Assembly (NCBI RefSeq): GCF_001194135.2
Contig: NC_068999.1
Location: forward strand, 25,706,726 to 25,770,725
Direction of reading: 5' to 3'
Source of the DNA: Octopus bimaculoides
Lineage: Eukaryota
Length of the DNA stretch: 64,000 nt
Position numbers and translations under genes: made by a program. The notes under the pieces were generated by a model. That model was not told where the DNA came from and searched no databases. It worked only from the letters and a program-made list of their open reading frames with translations. Positions 1 to 58,490 of the stretch are shown here, piece after piece. How positions within the stretch are numbered: position 1 is the stretch's first letter; each line of letters opens with the position of its first letter.

Positions 1-1184
1 TGCTTATAAAAATCATGAGTATGAAAGTGGTGGCTTTGACTACGATGGATTCTAATGTCAGGAGGACAACACATCTTTTCTCTGAGAGCAGTCTGGTATC
101 TTACTTGTGATAGGACTTTAACTCTAAAAATCCTGTACTGCAAATAACAGCAACTATCACCAAATTCTGAACTACAGTTCAAATAGTGTTGTTCTTGAGA
201 GAGAGAAAACAGGAAGCACTCCATCTGTATGAGAAACAAAGTTTAGCCTGCTTTTAGAAAGAACTCTGTTTGCACCATCCACATTTATTTTCTTATTCAT
301 TGAATTTCAATTTCTTCCTTCAATTTTTGAGAATCAGGGGTGTTAGAATTGATATTTATTAATGATTTTATTGGAGAATTTGTACATGTAAAAAAAAAAA
401 TAATCAGTGCTATTTCAGTGTCATTATTTTTATACTGAACTGGATTTCATGGAAATCTCTAGTTTCTAATAGGATTGGGAAATGTATATGCAGGCAGCAT
501 TACATGAGTTAAAAATCACATGGAAGATTATAGACTGTTCTTAAAAAGGATTTGTTGTTAGCTAATGTGTAAGGAGGTACTGCCATTTTGTCCTGCTCAT
601 ATTAGCCTAATAAGCAATAATTATTCATGCATTGGTATTCCAGTGATCACAAGTTAATGTTTTGTGAATTAGGTATCTTGGATTTACTCTGTAACTGTTT
701 TGCTGAAGGATTCTATCACTATGTAACAGTTACATTACATGTGTACATGTATATAAAGGGGCTAAATTGGTAATTTCTGATTTCTCATTATTTTCTCCTG
801 TCTGAAACCATTACAATGCAAGTATTGCATCATCATTGGGAGTAAAAATTGGTCAACATAGTTGTTGTTACTGAAGTTAGAGTTTGAAACAGTCAGGTAA
901 CAGGTACTTCTTTACAAGAAATTTTTCCTCAACTTCGACCAAATTGTTACTGAGATTGCTAATAAAATATCTAGATAATTTTTGGTGTTTAACTATTGAT
1001 ATTCTTTTTTGTTAGATTCCAAGTTAATTTTTCACACACTAATGCCTAACCTGATAATCTTAAGAAAATGAAGACTAAACTGGGGAATAATGAGTAAGGG
1101 CTAATTTCAATAATTCATTCTCCTTAATTGCATGATGCATAAATGTATTGGGAAGAGACACTCAAGCAAGTACAGAAAATTGTC

Positions 1185-1960
1185 ATTTTCTCAGTGAGGC
1201 CCAGCATTCAAAGATCCTTTCTCACCACTTTGTCCCATGACTTCCTGGGTCTACCCATTCCACAGGTACCCTCCACAATCAGAACTCAGCACTTCTTTAT
1301 GAAACTGTCTTCATTCATACACATCACATGACCAAACCAGTGCAGTCTTTTGCACATGACATCTGATGCCTCATACCCAGTTTTCCTCTTAAATCACTTA
1401 CACTTTGTTGTGCTTGCACACTGACATTACCTATCCAACAGAGCATGCTAGCTTCATTTCTTTCAAACCTTTGCAAGTCCTCTGTAGTCAAAGCTCATGT
1501 TTCACTGCCACGTAACATAGTTGCACATACACAGGCATCATACAATCTGCTTTTCAACTTAGAGGGAGAGGCCCCTAGTTACCAACAAAGGTAGAAACTC
1601 TCTGAACTTTGACCAGCTTATTCTTATTCTAGCAACTACACTTTTAGAACTCTCTTCTCCACTGCTAACTTGGTTGCCCAGGTAACAGAAACTGAGCAAG
1701 GCCTAACAGTAATTGCTTCAACTTGCCTTAAAAACCATTCCATTCCATTCCTACATCATGGTTGGTGATTAGCTACGTGCAACATCCATCTTAAAAAACA
1801 ATTTTGCTCCACATAACCCCCACCCCCCAACACCTGTGCAAATACAAGAAAGTGAATCAGACACAATACCTTCTGGTATTTTGCAAATCCTGCTCAAGTT
1901 AACTTTGCTTTTGATTCTTTTGAGCTTCATAAAAATAGAGTCAAATGTCGATGTCAGTTG
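1185..1960 (-). mobile_element. Degraded RTE-clade LINE, C-terminal ORF fragment
   Basis: Minus-strand translation gives …LHWFGHVMCMNED…EGTCGMGRPRKSWDKVVRKDL, homologous to the RTE copy at 43.3-44.5 kb. Confidence 0.8.
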
Positions 1961-2635
1961 TACAGACTACTCTTCTCTCAAATTTCTGGCCTTGTGCCTA
2001 TGCAAGAAACAATTTTAAGTAAAGGCCAGAATGTTTGGGGATGGGTGGGTAGACCATTACACAAATCACAGCACTTGATAGGCACTTCATCAATCCCATA
2101 GGGATGAAAGGCAAGGATGACCTTCTTAGGATCTGATCTTAAAACATAAAGAGACAGAACTGCAAGGCATTTTGTCTGATATTCCACTGCACTATGGCAT
2201 CAGATAATAGAAATAATTACAACTCTGTATTGCATTTATGAATAAAAACACATTGTAAAAGGATGTTTCGTTCTATATAACATGAATCTGCCAATCCTAA
2301 ACTACCTGAAACCAAAACACTAGTTTATATTTGTTACTTAGATTCTGTAATGCTCACTATTAGAATCATTGCAGATATTACTGAATTTTTGCTTTTATTT
2401 AGTGATTTTTCTTTTTTTTTTTTGTATACCTGGGTATATTGTTTTTGAAGAGAGTAACTCGGTTTGTTTGAAAATTTCATATTAAAAAAACTGCAAACGG
2501 GTCAAGGGAAAAAAAATTTCATAGTTTGTTTTTGATGTTTGCATGTCCATGTCAGTCACTAATTGTGTTTATTATTAATATCCTTCTTTTATGTTTTTTT
2601 GAGTGTGTTTTTTTTTTAGTTATTCAATAATAAAT

Positions 2636-3180
2636 ATTTTCTACTATAGGTACAAGGCCTGAAATTTTGGGGAGTGGGGTAGTCAATTACATCAACCCCG
2701 AAAGGATGAAAGTTAAAGCAGACTTTGATGGAATTTGAACTCCGAATGTGAAGATGGATGAAATACGGCTAAGCATTTCACTTGGTGTGCTAATGAGCCT
2801 GTCAGCTTGCCCCCTTAATAACAATAACAATATTAATAATAATAATCCTTTCTACAAGAGGCACAAGACCTGAAATTTTTGGGGAAAGGGCTAATTGATT
2901 ACATCGAGCCCAGTGATTAACTAGTACTTATTTATCGACCCCGAAAGGATGAAAGGCAAAGTTGACCTTGGTAGAATTTGAACTCAGAACATAAAGACAG
3001 CCGAAATGCTGCTAAGCATTTTACCTGGTGTACTAACAATTCTGCCAGCTTGCTGCTTTCATATCCTTTCTACTATAGGCACAAGGCCTGAAATTTTGGG
3101 GGAAGGGACTAGTCGATTGTGGTCACTGGTACTTAATTTATTGACCTTGAAGGGATGAAAGGTAAAATTGACCTTAGTGT
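2636..3180 (-). mobile_element. Three tandem copies of tRNA-derived SINE family 1
   Basis: Repeated core ctgagttcaaattc…gactttgcctttcatcctttcggggtcgataaa…gtaccag…caaaatttcaggccttgtgcctatagtagaaagga, separated by (TAA)n; same family recurs at 25.7-26.3, 27.3, 58.3 and 61.7-62.2 kb. Confidence 0.85.
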
Positions 3181-3653
3181 TTCTGCAATAGCAACAATTT
3201 TCAAGCCAAAATACAATAAATGTTTGAATAAACAAACCCATTTTAGATATTTTCTGAGGTTTTGTAACTTAGAAAATTTTCAACAAGATGTTAATAGTCA
3301 GGTATGCACAATGGTTAATCTCTAATTATTAGCTATTATTATCATTAAATCGTTATGTATGACACACTAGACATTCTTGACTGCACATACTCATTATATT
3401 TGAAGTAGTCTTTAATACAGTTTAGTTTCATAGCAATCTTATTACAATTAGAAGTCAGAATGCAACAAACTGAAATTGGTACTAAGTTTTAATTCCTGTT
3501 TTTTTTTTTTTTTTAATAGGTTCCCTCTATTCTCAGTTTTGATTTTGAAATAATAGCATCAAGATTATTCAGAAATATAATAAAAGTTATATTGATGACA
3601 CTTATAAATTATCTTGTAAAATAAAATTTCTTTTCTTAGCCTGTAATGGAAAT

Positions 3654-3710
<57 letters not shown>

Positions 3711-3869
3711 CAAATAAAAAATAATTCCCTTTCTTATTTTAATAGAACAATGTGAGTGAGGGATTGAAATATTTTAACGTCATACAAGGAATAATTTGTT
3801 TATATGCTGATCAGAGAACACTTAGAGTGTGAGTGCGGGTGTGTGAACAAAAATATACAATATATATAT

Positions 3870-6096
3870 ACAATATAAAATTTTATTTTAATTGTAATTA
3901 CAGCACAAACTTTCATTAACTTTCAACTATAGATTACAAACTGATTATTATTATTATGTTTAGAACAAAAGTTTTGGGGAGATATGAAACAAAACTAAAA
4001 AAAATACATAGATAAGGGTTAGAAATTGTTTAAATTATCAAAATAGAACATAATGATATCATTTTGTTTAAATGTTTAGAGATAAGAATGTTCCTAAATC
4101 TGTAGACAATTAAGTCATTATCTAACAATGGTCTGTAATTCTGATGAAACTAAAATCCATGATGACTCAGTTCTGACTGCAAATTGAAGATAAAAAAAAA
4201 ATTGAAAAGTTAATTTCTGTTACAATAATTAAGTTACATGGCAAGATAAATATACATTTTATTTCCTCTGATAAAATATAACACATATACATACCTTTTT
4301 TTTTTTCTCTTTACAAATTTACAGACAAAAAAAAGCTTAAATCATTCATGATAAACATTTCAAAGTAGAATTTGTTTTCATAATTACAATCTCTTAGATT
4401 TATTATTTTCAAGTCCAATAACTTTTACCCTCAAAATTTTAAAAATCTGATGATACAAAATGAAAACCTCCAGGCAAAAGTCATTGAAATAATTTGGTGG
4501 GTTAGTGATTTCTTCACTGGTTACATCATGAATTTCTGAAAACCTCTTATGTGCTAATGCCATATAGCATTACACTCTTTCATCAACTCGAGCCTGTATT
4601 GTCTATGAGTAAAAGTTTTTATATCTCAATCTTTAAGGATTTCCATTATATTAATTTTGTTTTCTCTCAAAGTCACATTTGCTGTTTTACACATTAATTA
4701 CATGCACTATCATTTATTTACTTAATTTATATTTGTTACTCAATGACAAAGTCTTTCATCACACACCTGTCACCACTTCAAAGATATTGTACTATCTGTA
4801 ACAGTATCTTTGTGTTTGAATAATAAATGGTAAATATCACTACCAAAATACATGTTTCAGAAGATATTATAAATGAATTATTATCTATTAAGTAACAATT
4901 AAATATTTATCTTCCAATATCAATGTTTTAATATCTGAAAAGCAGCTTCTAATCAAACTCTGCCAAGTCTCTGGTCACACAAGCATTCAGTTTCATCTTT
5001 GATCATGCTGACTATATCTTACTGCAGAATACATAGGATTCTTCCCATTTAAAACTAAGTTACACACAAGTCATGATTTGGGGGCCTAACTGATGTGAAT
5101 TTTTTGGTTGCTGACAATGAAATGTCACCACTTCCATAGTGGTGGAGCTTTCATAGTGCTTATATGAACAGGTGGGAGTTGTACATGTCTGGTCACTTAC
5201 ATGACTTTTCTATTGAACATTGCTGAGGTCCAAGTGATGGTCAACACTGATCATCAATAGATGTGTGTGAGAGAGAGAGAGAGAAAGAATTGCTGATGAT
5301 TGTGTCCTTGTCTCAGAGAAAGTGCAGAGCTCAGTAGGAGTCACACAGTTCACATTTGAAAAATAACAACTAGAAGACTGATTCAAGCAAAATAGCACAA
5401 CCTGAGCCCACCACTATTAAAGAGCAAGTTTAATGAAAAACAAAACAGGTTGAGACAGTAACTGTGAAACAAGCAGATGTCATTTCAAGTGAAATGAAAA
5501 GTATTAGCCATTGTATTACACAGGTTGAGGCATAGATGATATACCATAAAACAGGAAAAGAAAAATGCTGCATGCATTCATGAGACAGAGACACATGGAA
5601 AGATAAAATGAAGAACATATTCATCCTACAGAAAGCCAGTTTTTAGGTGGTTTCTGACAATTTGGATTTCTAGCAGTACCCTTTAACTGGTATGAGGAAC
5701 CAGTCATATTGGGAGTCCCTTGTCACTATCACCTTCATAGAGGAAGATGATATAGGGAAATAATCACTTCCAATGCCGCAATAAAACTTCATTACACAAG
5801 TGTTCTATTGCATCCAACATCTCCAGATCCTTTCAGTTTCCTGGTGTAATAGGATTACATACACAGAAATTCTTTGTTAAACTGTCAGCAATAATGTTGT
5901 ACACACACCAGCTGAAATGACTCTGACATAGTGTGCATGGTTGACTTGTAGATAGATACTTTCTAGAAACCTCTATAGCCACTTATTTAATGGTTAATGC
6001 CTGGCTGGTGAACCAACACAAAGGTCAAAGACCAGTTAAATACCATTTTAAAGCGGAACAATGGACTCATGAATGAAATACCTAGCTACTTAATGT
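3870..6096 (-). other. Candidate STAG 3' UTR
   Basis: About 2.2 kb with no recognisable TE in an otherwise TE-dense window, downstream of the candidate stop; minus-strand AATAAA at 4258-4263 and 3882-3887. Confidence 0.35.
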
Positions 6097-49378
<43,282 letters not shown>

Positions 49379-50214
49379 CTGAAACAGTACAGGAAAACCA
49401 GGTTATAAGGCTTTCCCTTTAGTTGTTTAGGACTACAAAATGGATATTATATGTTTATGCTTCGTTCCTTAGCACATCTGAGTAGGAAGTGATATAAAAT
49501 CTTTTCACCTTGTAGCTAAAATAATAACTGCTGATGGATGTTTTGCCCTCCAACTTTTTTTGTTCATCAAAAAGCAGAGGAAGAAATGTCTGGTTATGCT
49601 ACAAGTAACTTTTTGCATTCAAAGATCAGAAAAACAATATCAACCATATCAAATGATTGTGACAATTAATAAGAATATTCTAGAGTCTCAAAAGTGACCA
49701 ACTAGAATGGAACAACGAGACAAACATTAGAAAATGTAAATTTAGTTGCAGTCAAGTACTTTATCAAGTGCAAAAAACTGAAACTAACTATGGAGTAAAA
49801 GATCATGCTCCACAAATAACAGTGCCACAATGAGAAGAAAGGGTTAAGAAATAAATAAGACAAATAAAGAAATATTCAAAACATTCTGAAGTCTCAGGTA
49901 ACCTAGCTCCCAACAGCATTTTTCTTTTATCCGTGACTTTGTCAGAAAGAGAACTCACATAAAGCTTTGAAGGTTAATTAAGAAAATAGGAAAAAGAAAC
50001 CCTGGCAGGAGTACAAAGGAGACAATAACTAATTCTTAGACAGCTGAAGGATTAACGACATTCAGTGCCCATTACTAAAGGCATTTAAAGGTCAGATGGT
50101 GGTATTTAAATATACACAACCTTAAAACAAGCACATCTGATAGGCTTCCACAGTTTTTGTTTACCTAATTTCATTCACAAGGCCAAGTTTTACCCGAGAG
50201 TCTGATAGAAGATA

Positions 50215-51468
50215 TTGGGTCATCCCATAAATAATGCAGCCTTTTCAATTGCATGAACTAAAAGTCAGAGGGGGACAGGATAAACTACCTGCATAAACTT
50301 GCTATAAAAGCAGGTAGTAATTTTACCTTGTGCTTATTCTTTGTGCAAATTTTGGAGAGTACAGTTCAATTTTAACAGTTATTTTTTCAAAGTTATAATG
50401 GAAGTGACAAAGGAGAATATTTTGCTTTATGAGCTTAATAAAGGTAACAACGCAACGGAAAGTGCGAGGAATATTAATGCAGTATATGGGGATCAGACAT
50501 AAGCATAAGCCAGTGTCAATAGTGGTTCCAGAAATTCCGAACCAGAAACTACAGCCTAGAAGATGAGCCTTGTCCTGGAAGAGCTGTAGAGCTCAACAAG
50601 GATGTCCTGCAAAACCTGGTGGAATAAAACCCTTTGTAACTGTTGAGGAACTAGCAGAGAAGCTTGGATTTGGTTATTCAACCATTCATTGGCACCTGTG
50701 CACCATCAGAAAAGTCAGCAATTGGGTCAATGGTTCCTCACAAACATTCTGAGTCTAATCGTGCGCAGAGAGTGAATGCGTGCTTTTCTTTGCTGTTACG
50801 TCTCATGAATGAACCTTTTTTGGAACGAATAGTGAGTGGTGACAAGAAATGGGTTCTCTATAAAAATGCCAAGCACCAAAGACAGTGGGTAGGGAAAGGA
50901 AAAACACCGGCATCCCAGGCTAAAGAAGGTCTTCACCCATGTAAGGTGTTGTTATCTGTTTGGTGGGATATGAAAGGTTTAGTCTACTTTGAAATTTCAA
51001 ACCCAAACCAAATGATAACAAAAGGAGATCTACTGTCAGCAGCTTAAGTTAGCGCTAGAAGAACGACCATCTTTGGTTTCAAGATGAAAGGTGTTCTTCC
51101 ATCAGGATAATGCTTGGCTACATACAGTGAGGATAACATTCCAAAGGCTGGAGCAGTTTGCATGGGAAACAATACCCCACCCACCATATTCGTCAGACAT
51201 TGCCCCATCTGATTATCGTTCATTTAGCAGTTTTCAAAATCATTTGGATGGAAAAAATATGAATTCTGTAGACAAGGTCAGAACAGTACTGGACGAGTAC
51301 TTTTTGTCACGGACAAGTCTGGAAGAGGAGCCTCGCAAGTCTACCAGATAGATGGAAGAACATTGTAGTAAATGAAGGAGAGTATATTTTAGATTAAAAA
51401 AGAACTTTATCTTAATTTTTAAAAAGAAAAGAAGTAGAAAAAACTGTATTATTTATGGGATGACCCAA
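50215..51468 (+). mobile_element. Full-length degenerate mariner (1254 bp, TA TSD)
   Basis: TA|TTGGGTCATCCCATAAATAAT … ATTATTTATGGGATGACCCAA|TA; MEVTKENILLYELNKGNNATESARNINAVYGD…; IVSGDKKWVLYKN; FHQDNAWLH; HPPYSSDIAPSDY (D,D34D-type); frameshifts and stops. Confidence 0.97.
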
Positions 51469-53248
51469 TACTTGCTCGGCCACATGCCCATGTCCATGTA
51501 AAATTCAACTTATCCAAAAGAGATATATTGCACCACATTACACTCACACACTACTTATCACATGTCCCTCTCCACATTCACCATTTATCATATACCACTA
51601 CACGCAACCTCAATTGCACATCACTACATATGTCTATCATGCCTCAATTCACATCTCACACACCATCTATCAAGCCTCACCACCACACACCACCCAACAC
51701 ATATTACTGCAAACTTCATCTCTAGCACCTTTACCTTTCAATGAATTACTTCATATTTTATGTGCTATGTCTTTCCACTCATTTTGATGATATTCTTTGT
51801 AAATATTAACACTGACTGTTTTGTATAAAACCCTCAGCAATGTCATAGTATCAGAATATATAAGGATAAAATGTTCTTTAGGTGACTTTAGTCAAGTCCA
51901 TTCTGTTGCATGCAGTCAGAATAGGTCTCTGAACTGAGGATATCTCGAGTGAGCTGTGTTGCTTCTTACTGTTGCAACAATCCATGGATATACATTTTTA
52001 TTTATTTCTCCTGTCCATTTCAGAGACCTTTCAGAAAAAGCTAAAGAAACTGCCTTACTAAGCCATTAAAAAAAAAAAGCTGGAAGAGTTTTAAAAAAGC
52101 GAATTGAAAAGGCTACTGAAGCTCTTTATGATATTCAACAGCTTTACTACAAAAAGTATCTTGCACATGCCACAGAAAAACTAAGTTTAGAGTGAGTGAC
52201 AGTATTTTCTGAGCTTGAGAATAACATGCACTGGACACATTACTGAATTTAGTAACAATTGCTAAGTACAGTATAAGGTTACAAACATATTCGGGAAGGT
52301 GTTTAGTCAATTAAATCAACCTCCAACACTTCACTGTTCCATTTACCAACTGCAGCAGAATGCAAAAGTCAATGTTGACTCCAACATAACTAAATACCAC
52401 ACAGACTTACACCCTTTCTTTTCTATTCTCAGTTAACTTTTTATTTTCTTGAATAATGACCGGCTATAAGCTGTACTTGAGGAAGACTGGTCTTTGCACC
52501 AAAAATTAGCCAAGAATTAACTCATCTTCCAATATCACCAAGTCTAACTACTCTACATAGTGCCTGGGTTAGGGAAATATGTTCACATAATTTGTCAGAC
52601 AAAAAGTTTGAAAACAAACAGCGTTTCATATAGAAAGCACAAACTTTTTTTTTTTTTCTTCTTTTCAGTAGTTACTAGTTGATTCCTCCAATGTGAACAC
52701 AAGTATTCAAATTCTGATGTGCTTACTTCATACATAAAACATGGCCATGATCAACTATCACTGTTTCGTAACTTAGACTTTTGTACTGGACATTTTTTCC
52801 CCATTCCCATGGGATTTGCTTCCTGACCAAACAGCATTCGCAGCAAAAGCAAATATGAAACAAAAACCCAACATTTTTCAAGTTTCAACAGAATGACTTG
52901 TTAAAAACAAAAACCAAGCACTAACTGAGGCAGAACTATAGTGGTTAGATTAAAAAGAACATTTTAAATGTCATCCTTTTTTTTTTGTAGCTAGCTAGCA
53001 CATAACTGATTACAGTTTCTAGTTCAGCACGTAAGAACTAACTCAGTATTGACAATTCTGATATGTAAGACCCTAAATCAAATAAACTTCCACCAAACCT
53101 GATGTAAAAACAAAAGAGCAATTTAATTTCTGAGGAAGAAAGAGGAAGTTGATAACTATCCAGAATACAAGCTTTGAGACAATATAAACACAGTTATATC
53201 AGCATTTATCGAAGTTTTAATGGTGATTAAACTACATCACAGAGGACA

Positions 53249-53289
<41 letters not shown>

Positions 53290-53830
53290 GAGTGAGTGAG
53301 TGTGTTTTGAAGAGGTAAAGCTACAATGTAATTTGTGTGTTAAAATGAAAAGTCATTTCTTTTATAAGTAATTTCAAGTTTAGAAAGGAAAATAGTATGG
53401 AGGCTTAGATAATAGGGAAATTAATAAGACTAAAACAACTAATTAAATTACTGGAGTATAAGAACTTCAAAACAAATGAAATTTTACATCATGGAAATAA
53501 AAAAAAACAAAAAAAAACCATTTTAACTGCATCATGTGCATGTCTGTTGTAATACACCTTGTATAATGGTAATTTTGGTAGTTAGTCTAACATAAAAGAG
53601 AGGCAACTGATCATTACGTATGAAGTCCAATAGAAGATGGGCTAGAAAATAAGTTCTATTATTTCACCATTATAATTTATGCCAAATATAATATTAATGA
53701 TAACAAGATGACTCCATATTAAAACTACTTGGGTAATTATTTTTCAATACAAAAAGCATGCAGCGATGTACATGAGTGAAGACAGTAGAGGTTGCAGGAC
53801 AAAGTTGTTTTTCTTTTTTTATGAATTTAA

Positions 53831-54041
53831 CCCTTTAACATTTAAACTGACTATACCAAAATATTCTACATAATTTAGGTTCTAACCAGCCAGATCCAGC
53901 CCCTCACACCTATCCTACTATGTTATTCTAAAAATTAACAATCATACCATCAAAATCTGAAAGCTACAGGATGATGCATCATTAATTCAAAACAATGTAA
54001 ATAAGCATTGCATTTGACAGAGAAATCTGAATGCTAAAGGG
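53831..54041. mobile_element. piggyBac-type MITE (211 bp, TTAA TSD)
   Basis: TTAA|CCCTTTAACATT … AATGCTAAAGGG|TTAA; partial second copy near 55870-55912. Confidence 0.85.
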
Positions 54042-56079
54042 TTAAAGAGCTTCATTAAACCTAAGAAGATTAGGAAAAGTGTGAAATTTGGAATTGAGTG
54101 CGAAGAAAAATATTTCAGATTATTAATCCTATTGTGGAAATGGAAGATAAGGGGAAATTACAAAAACTGTTGACTGATAGCAAGACATGGCTAAATTTGT
54201 TTTTGTTTTTTTTTTTGAGAAAAACAAAACAAAACAAAAGAGGGAATAGGAACAAGTAAATAAAAACTGATTTTATATTACTAACAGAAATGACCAAGAT
54301 TTTATAGACCTGTTCAATGCAAAATCGCATGGCAAAAAAAGATACATAGATATAAGTTTATGCTGATAATAAAATGAAAAGAAAATAATAGCTAAGTCTA
54401 ATAAGTTTAAAAAGAAAAGTTATCTTATATTTAAAAATCCAAGTTCTAAAACAACTACTTTTCAAATGAATGCAAAACAAAAATACAGCAAAATATGAAT
54501 TTGATAAACATTCAACAATAGAAATGTTATTACTTAAATATCTAATGATGTAACATTGTTTTTATTAAACAGGATGAAAATACCTTCACGATGAATAGTT
54601 ATGATTCATTTGTTGTAATAAACAAGCAACATGCACACAAACACACACTATATACATGTGTATGAATGTGTGTGTATGCGCATGTGTATTATTCAAAATA
54701 ATTACTGCCAACAGCAGCAGACTCTACAAAAACAGATACAGCTATACTGGTCTGATACAACATAGACCACAACAAAAACAAAAACTGGAACCTGATCTTT
54801 ACAATCAAATCAACAAGCATGGACAAAATATTGCATTTAACTGCTTTTAATTAAACCTATCATCAAATAATAATAATAATAATAAAAATAATAATGCAGC
54901 TATCATGCCCTGATGCAGTAACAGGCAGTGGCTCTCATGGCTTCTGATCTTAACTGATTAGTAGTGTTATTATCATGTAGATGTTTTGTCTTAGTATAAA
55001 AGATGGGCTACAGCAAATATTCTGCTCAATACCACAGACTTGCTTGTCAATTGCTTGACCATAACCAGTTGAGTATGTCCCTTAGTGGCTGACAATATGT
55101 GCATCTCTGATCATGAGCAGAAGTAGTTGGGAAGCATCATAGCCATGTGTTGAGAGGAATTCTTCAGGGTTTGAATAAATCACCTCTGAAAACATTGGTT
55201 GTTTCGTTTAACATTCTTAACCCTTATTCAGGACACTTTTGAGGAGGATGGGCTACTCAACCTGAAGAAAATCTTGATATGAGATCACCATGTTATGCAC
55301 ATATGGTTGTGATGCATGTGCTTGGTGTACCCCTATCAGACAGGTAGTCATGATGGGTGTATTGGGCTTCGTATATTTTACCCCAGTGTCACTTTGATGG
55401 CATGCATTGCTCACTCACTCAGTAATAATAATGAAACTGCACCACTTCACATACAGCTTGAAAAGTGCTGAGCCTCTATTTGGAAAAAAGAAGTAGAGGG
55501 AATCCATAAACATTACGTATATATCATCCAAATCTTGAATGCTAAAACTTGGAATTTAAATTTCTAGGTACCTTATTCCTTCATAAGTTTAAAATGAAAT
55601 TTATCTTTACGTAGCAGTAATAAAATAGTAGATAGCATATACTAGACAGCATTTACTTAAATATTCAGACAGCAAAAGAGATATTTAGACTTCAAAAATA
55701 GTTATTTTTTATACAGAAATTGTTATAGGTACTTCACTTTTTCTTAATTCTGCATCAATTCCAACAGATTGAGAGCAATCAGATAGATTACTCTGTCAAA
55801 TGCAATGCATTGTCTCATAGCACCAAGACTTCAATGATATATTTATACTCAAATTAACATTGCAGGGTAAGTATGAGAGGCCAGATCTGGCCAGTTTAAA
55901 TGCTAAAGGCTTACAGTGAATCCATCACATTTTGATACAGATCAAAACAAAGACATAAGGATATAGATTGGAATTGAGTCTGCAATCTAAAATTGCAGTA
56001 CTGACTTCTTTGATTAAAGATGAAATTTACTATTAAAGTGTGCATACATACACACACTGCACAATTATATATCCATAGG

Positions 56080-56402
56080 CACAGGTGTGGCAGTATAGTA
56101 AGAAGTTTGCTTCCCAACCACATAGTTCTGGGTTCAGTCCCAATGTGTGGCACTTTAGGCAAGTGTCTTTTACTGTAGCCTTGGTTTGGCCAAAGCCTTG
56201 TGAGTAGATTAGGCAGACGGAAATGTGTATGTGTGTGTTTGTCACCATAACTTTGCAGTTCAGCAAAAGAGACCAAAGAATAAGTATCAGGTTTTAAAAA
56301 ATGAAAATAAATAGTGGGGTTGATTTGTTTGACTAAAATTCAAGGTGGTGCCGCCTCAGTATGGTCACAGTCTAATGACTGGAACAAGTAAAAGAATAAA
56401 AG
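56080..56402 (+). mobile_element. CORE-type SINE family 2, diverged
   Basis: ggcacaggtgtggcag…ctgggttcagtcccaatgtgtggcactttaggcaagtgtctt…gtctaatgactggaacaagtaaaag. Confidence 0.85.
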
Positions 56403-58274
56403 AATACTCCAATCTTTGCAGCCACCTACCATTATCATTCTCCTTATTCTTGTGTTTTCCTTAGATATCCTATAACAAGGTACCATCCATCTGAAACACA
56501 AGGAACATACACAAGCAGCATAGTCTTCTAAGAATTTAATATAAAGAAACCTTCTTAGTTCTAGTAATGGCATCTAGGGAAAATCTTTTCAAAGCAAATT
56601 CCTTAAATAACAGCAGTCATTTTGAATGAGGGACTTCAACATTCAAAGGTGAGATGATAGCTTATAACAGCATATTATGAATGAAATTTCATCTGATTAG
56701 AATATCATATCAATTGGATGGTTGAGCTCTAGCATGAAAGAAATATCATTTAAAACAATACCATCTCTTTGCACTAGTAATTGTCTTAGAATCAAAGCTC
56801 ACTTAGGAGAAAGAACAACTTCACAGTTTTTTTTCCTTTTAATCTTTTTTTTGGTTTCTTTTTCCACAACACCTCCTAGTGAATAATGCAATGAAAATTG
56901 AAGGTTGGGCAATCACAAGGAAAAGTTCAATTAACCTCACAGATAGATACAGACATGACAATATGAGGGTAACAGAAAGATATAATCTAGTAACAGACTG
57001 AAAGGTGAAGAAAGGAAATGAAGGAACAACACTGAAATAATCACAAAACAGAAAAAAAGGGGGTAAAAAACTACATAAAATTCAAGACAAAAAAAATTCC
57101 CGTGCAAATAATCCTGTGTTTATGAGTGTATTTCTACCTCTTATTTTGATAGTAGCATTAGGTTAAAAACTTAACATGAAATATTTTCTATAAGTATCAA
57201 ACTAATACAGAAACAGTATTTAGTATACCAGCAAAAGTATTACTACATAGTTTTACATATACTGCATTTCTATGGATATCAATACAATGGTTGTGGCAAA
57301 AAAATGCAAAGATCAGTCAATAGCACTTTTCTGACAGACAACTGATGCCTATTGAGAAATGATGAATGAATGTATGGATGGATGGAAAGACTTTCCAGGT
57401 ACAGATCCATGACCTCACATGGACCTGCACCATTGTATTATGTATATATATATNNNNNNNNNNNNNNNNNNNNNNNNNNNNNNNNNNNNNNNNNNNNNNN
57501 NNNNNNNNNNNNNNNNNNNNNNNNNNNNNNNNNNATATATTTATTGAGGAGTGGTACTTGTATGACAGATATTATGATCTGAGGTCAAGTTACATAGTTA
57601 CATTAACAATTTAAAATTCATAGACACTGCTAAATCTATTTGTTTTGATATTATTTTGTAATTATTATCATTATTTCACTTTATCTGTATCACACATCAA
57701 TTTTTGTTGTTTTACATATATGACCTTCCCACTGAGATTTTTTACTTTATAAATTAGTGACCAGCTCAAAGATATATGTGAAAGTCTTTTATATACAATG
57801 CAACATTATTTATTGTATAATAATATCACAGAAGTGAATTTAATGTTTTAAATGGCTAGTATGGCTACTACAATGCAATTGTTATATATACATGCAATTA
57901 ATCTCTCTCTCTCTCTCTCTGTACACACACACTCACTGATAGCTATTCTGGAACTGTTCTAAAAACTGGTTAGGTCCAGCTCTGCTTGTTACTGAAAGCA
58001 GAGATGAGGATCTAGGAATAAAAGCTACAATTATATAGTTCCAGGATACTCCTCACTCATTATCATCATCACCGTTTAACGTCCGCTTTCCATGTTGGCC
58101 TGTGGAAGTTTGATGTGGTCTAGTTGATACTAACGAGACAAGTGGTTTGGATTGTTTTACAGTAATAAAATAAGAAACCAGTTTTAGTGTTCTTCATAGG
58201 AGAGGGGAAATTGTGGGGATTGAAAACGAGATGAAAATTTGCCATGTTTAATAAAATTAAGGTCTACAATATTA

Positions 58275-58490
58275 GTTTCAAATTTTGGCACAAGGCCAGC
58301 AATTTCAAGGGAGGGATACATCAATTACATTGACCCCAGTACTCAAATGGTACTTATTTTATCAACCCTGAAAGGATGACAAGCAAAGTCAACCCTGGCG
58401 GAATTTGAACTCAGAATGTAAAGATGGACAAAATGCCACTAAGCATTTTGCCCAGCATGCTAACAATTCTGTCAGCTCACTGCCTTATGA
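58275..58490 (-). mobile_element. SINE family 1
   Basis: ttttggcacaaggccagc…gtacttattttatcaaccctgaaaggatgacaagcaaagtcaaccctggcggaatttgaactcagaa. Confidence 0.85.
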
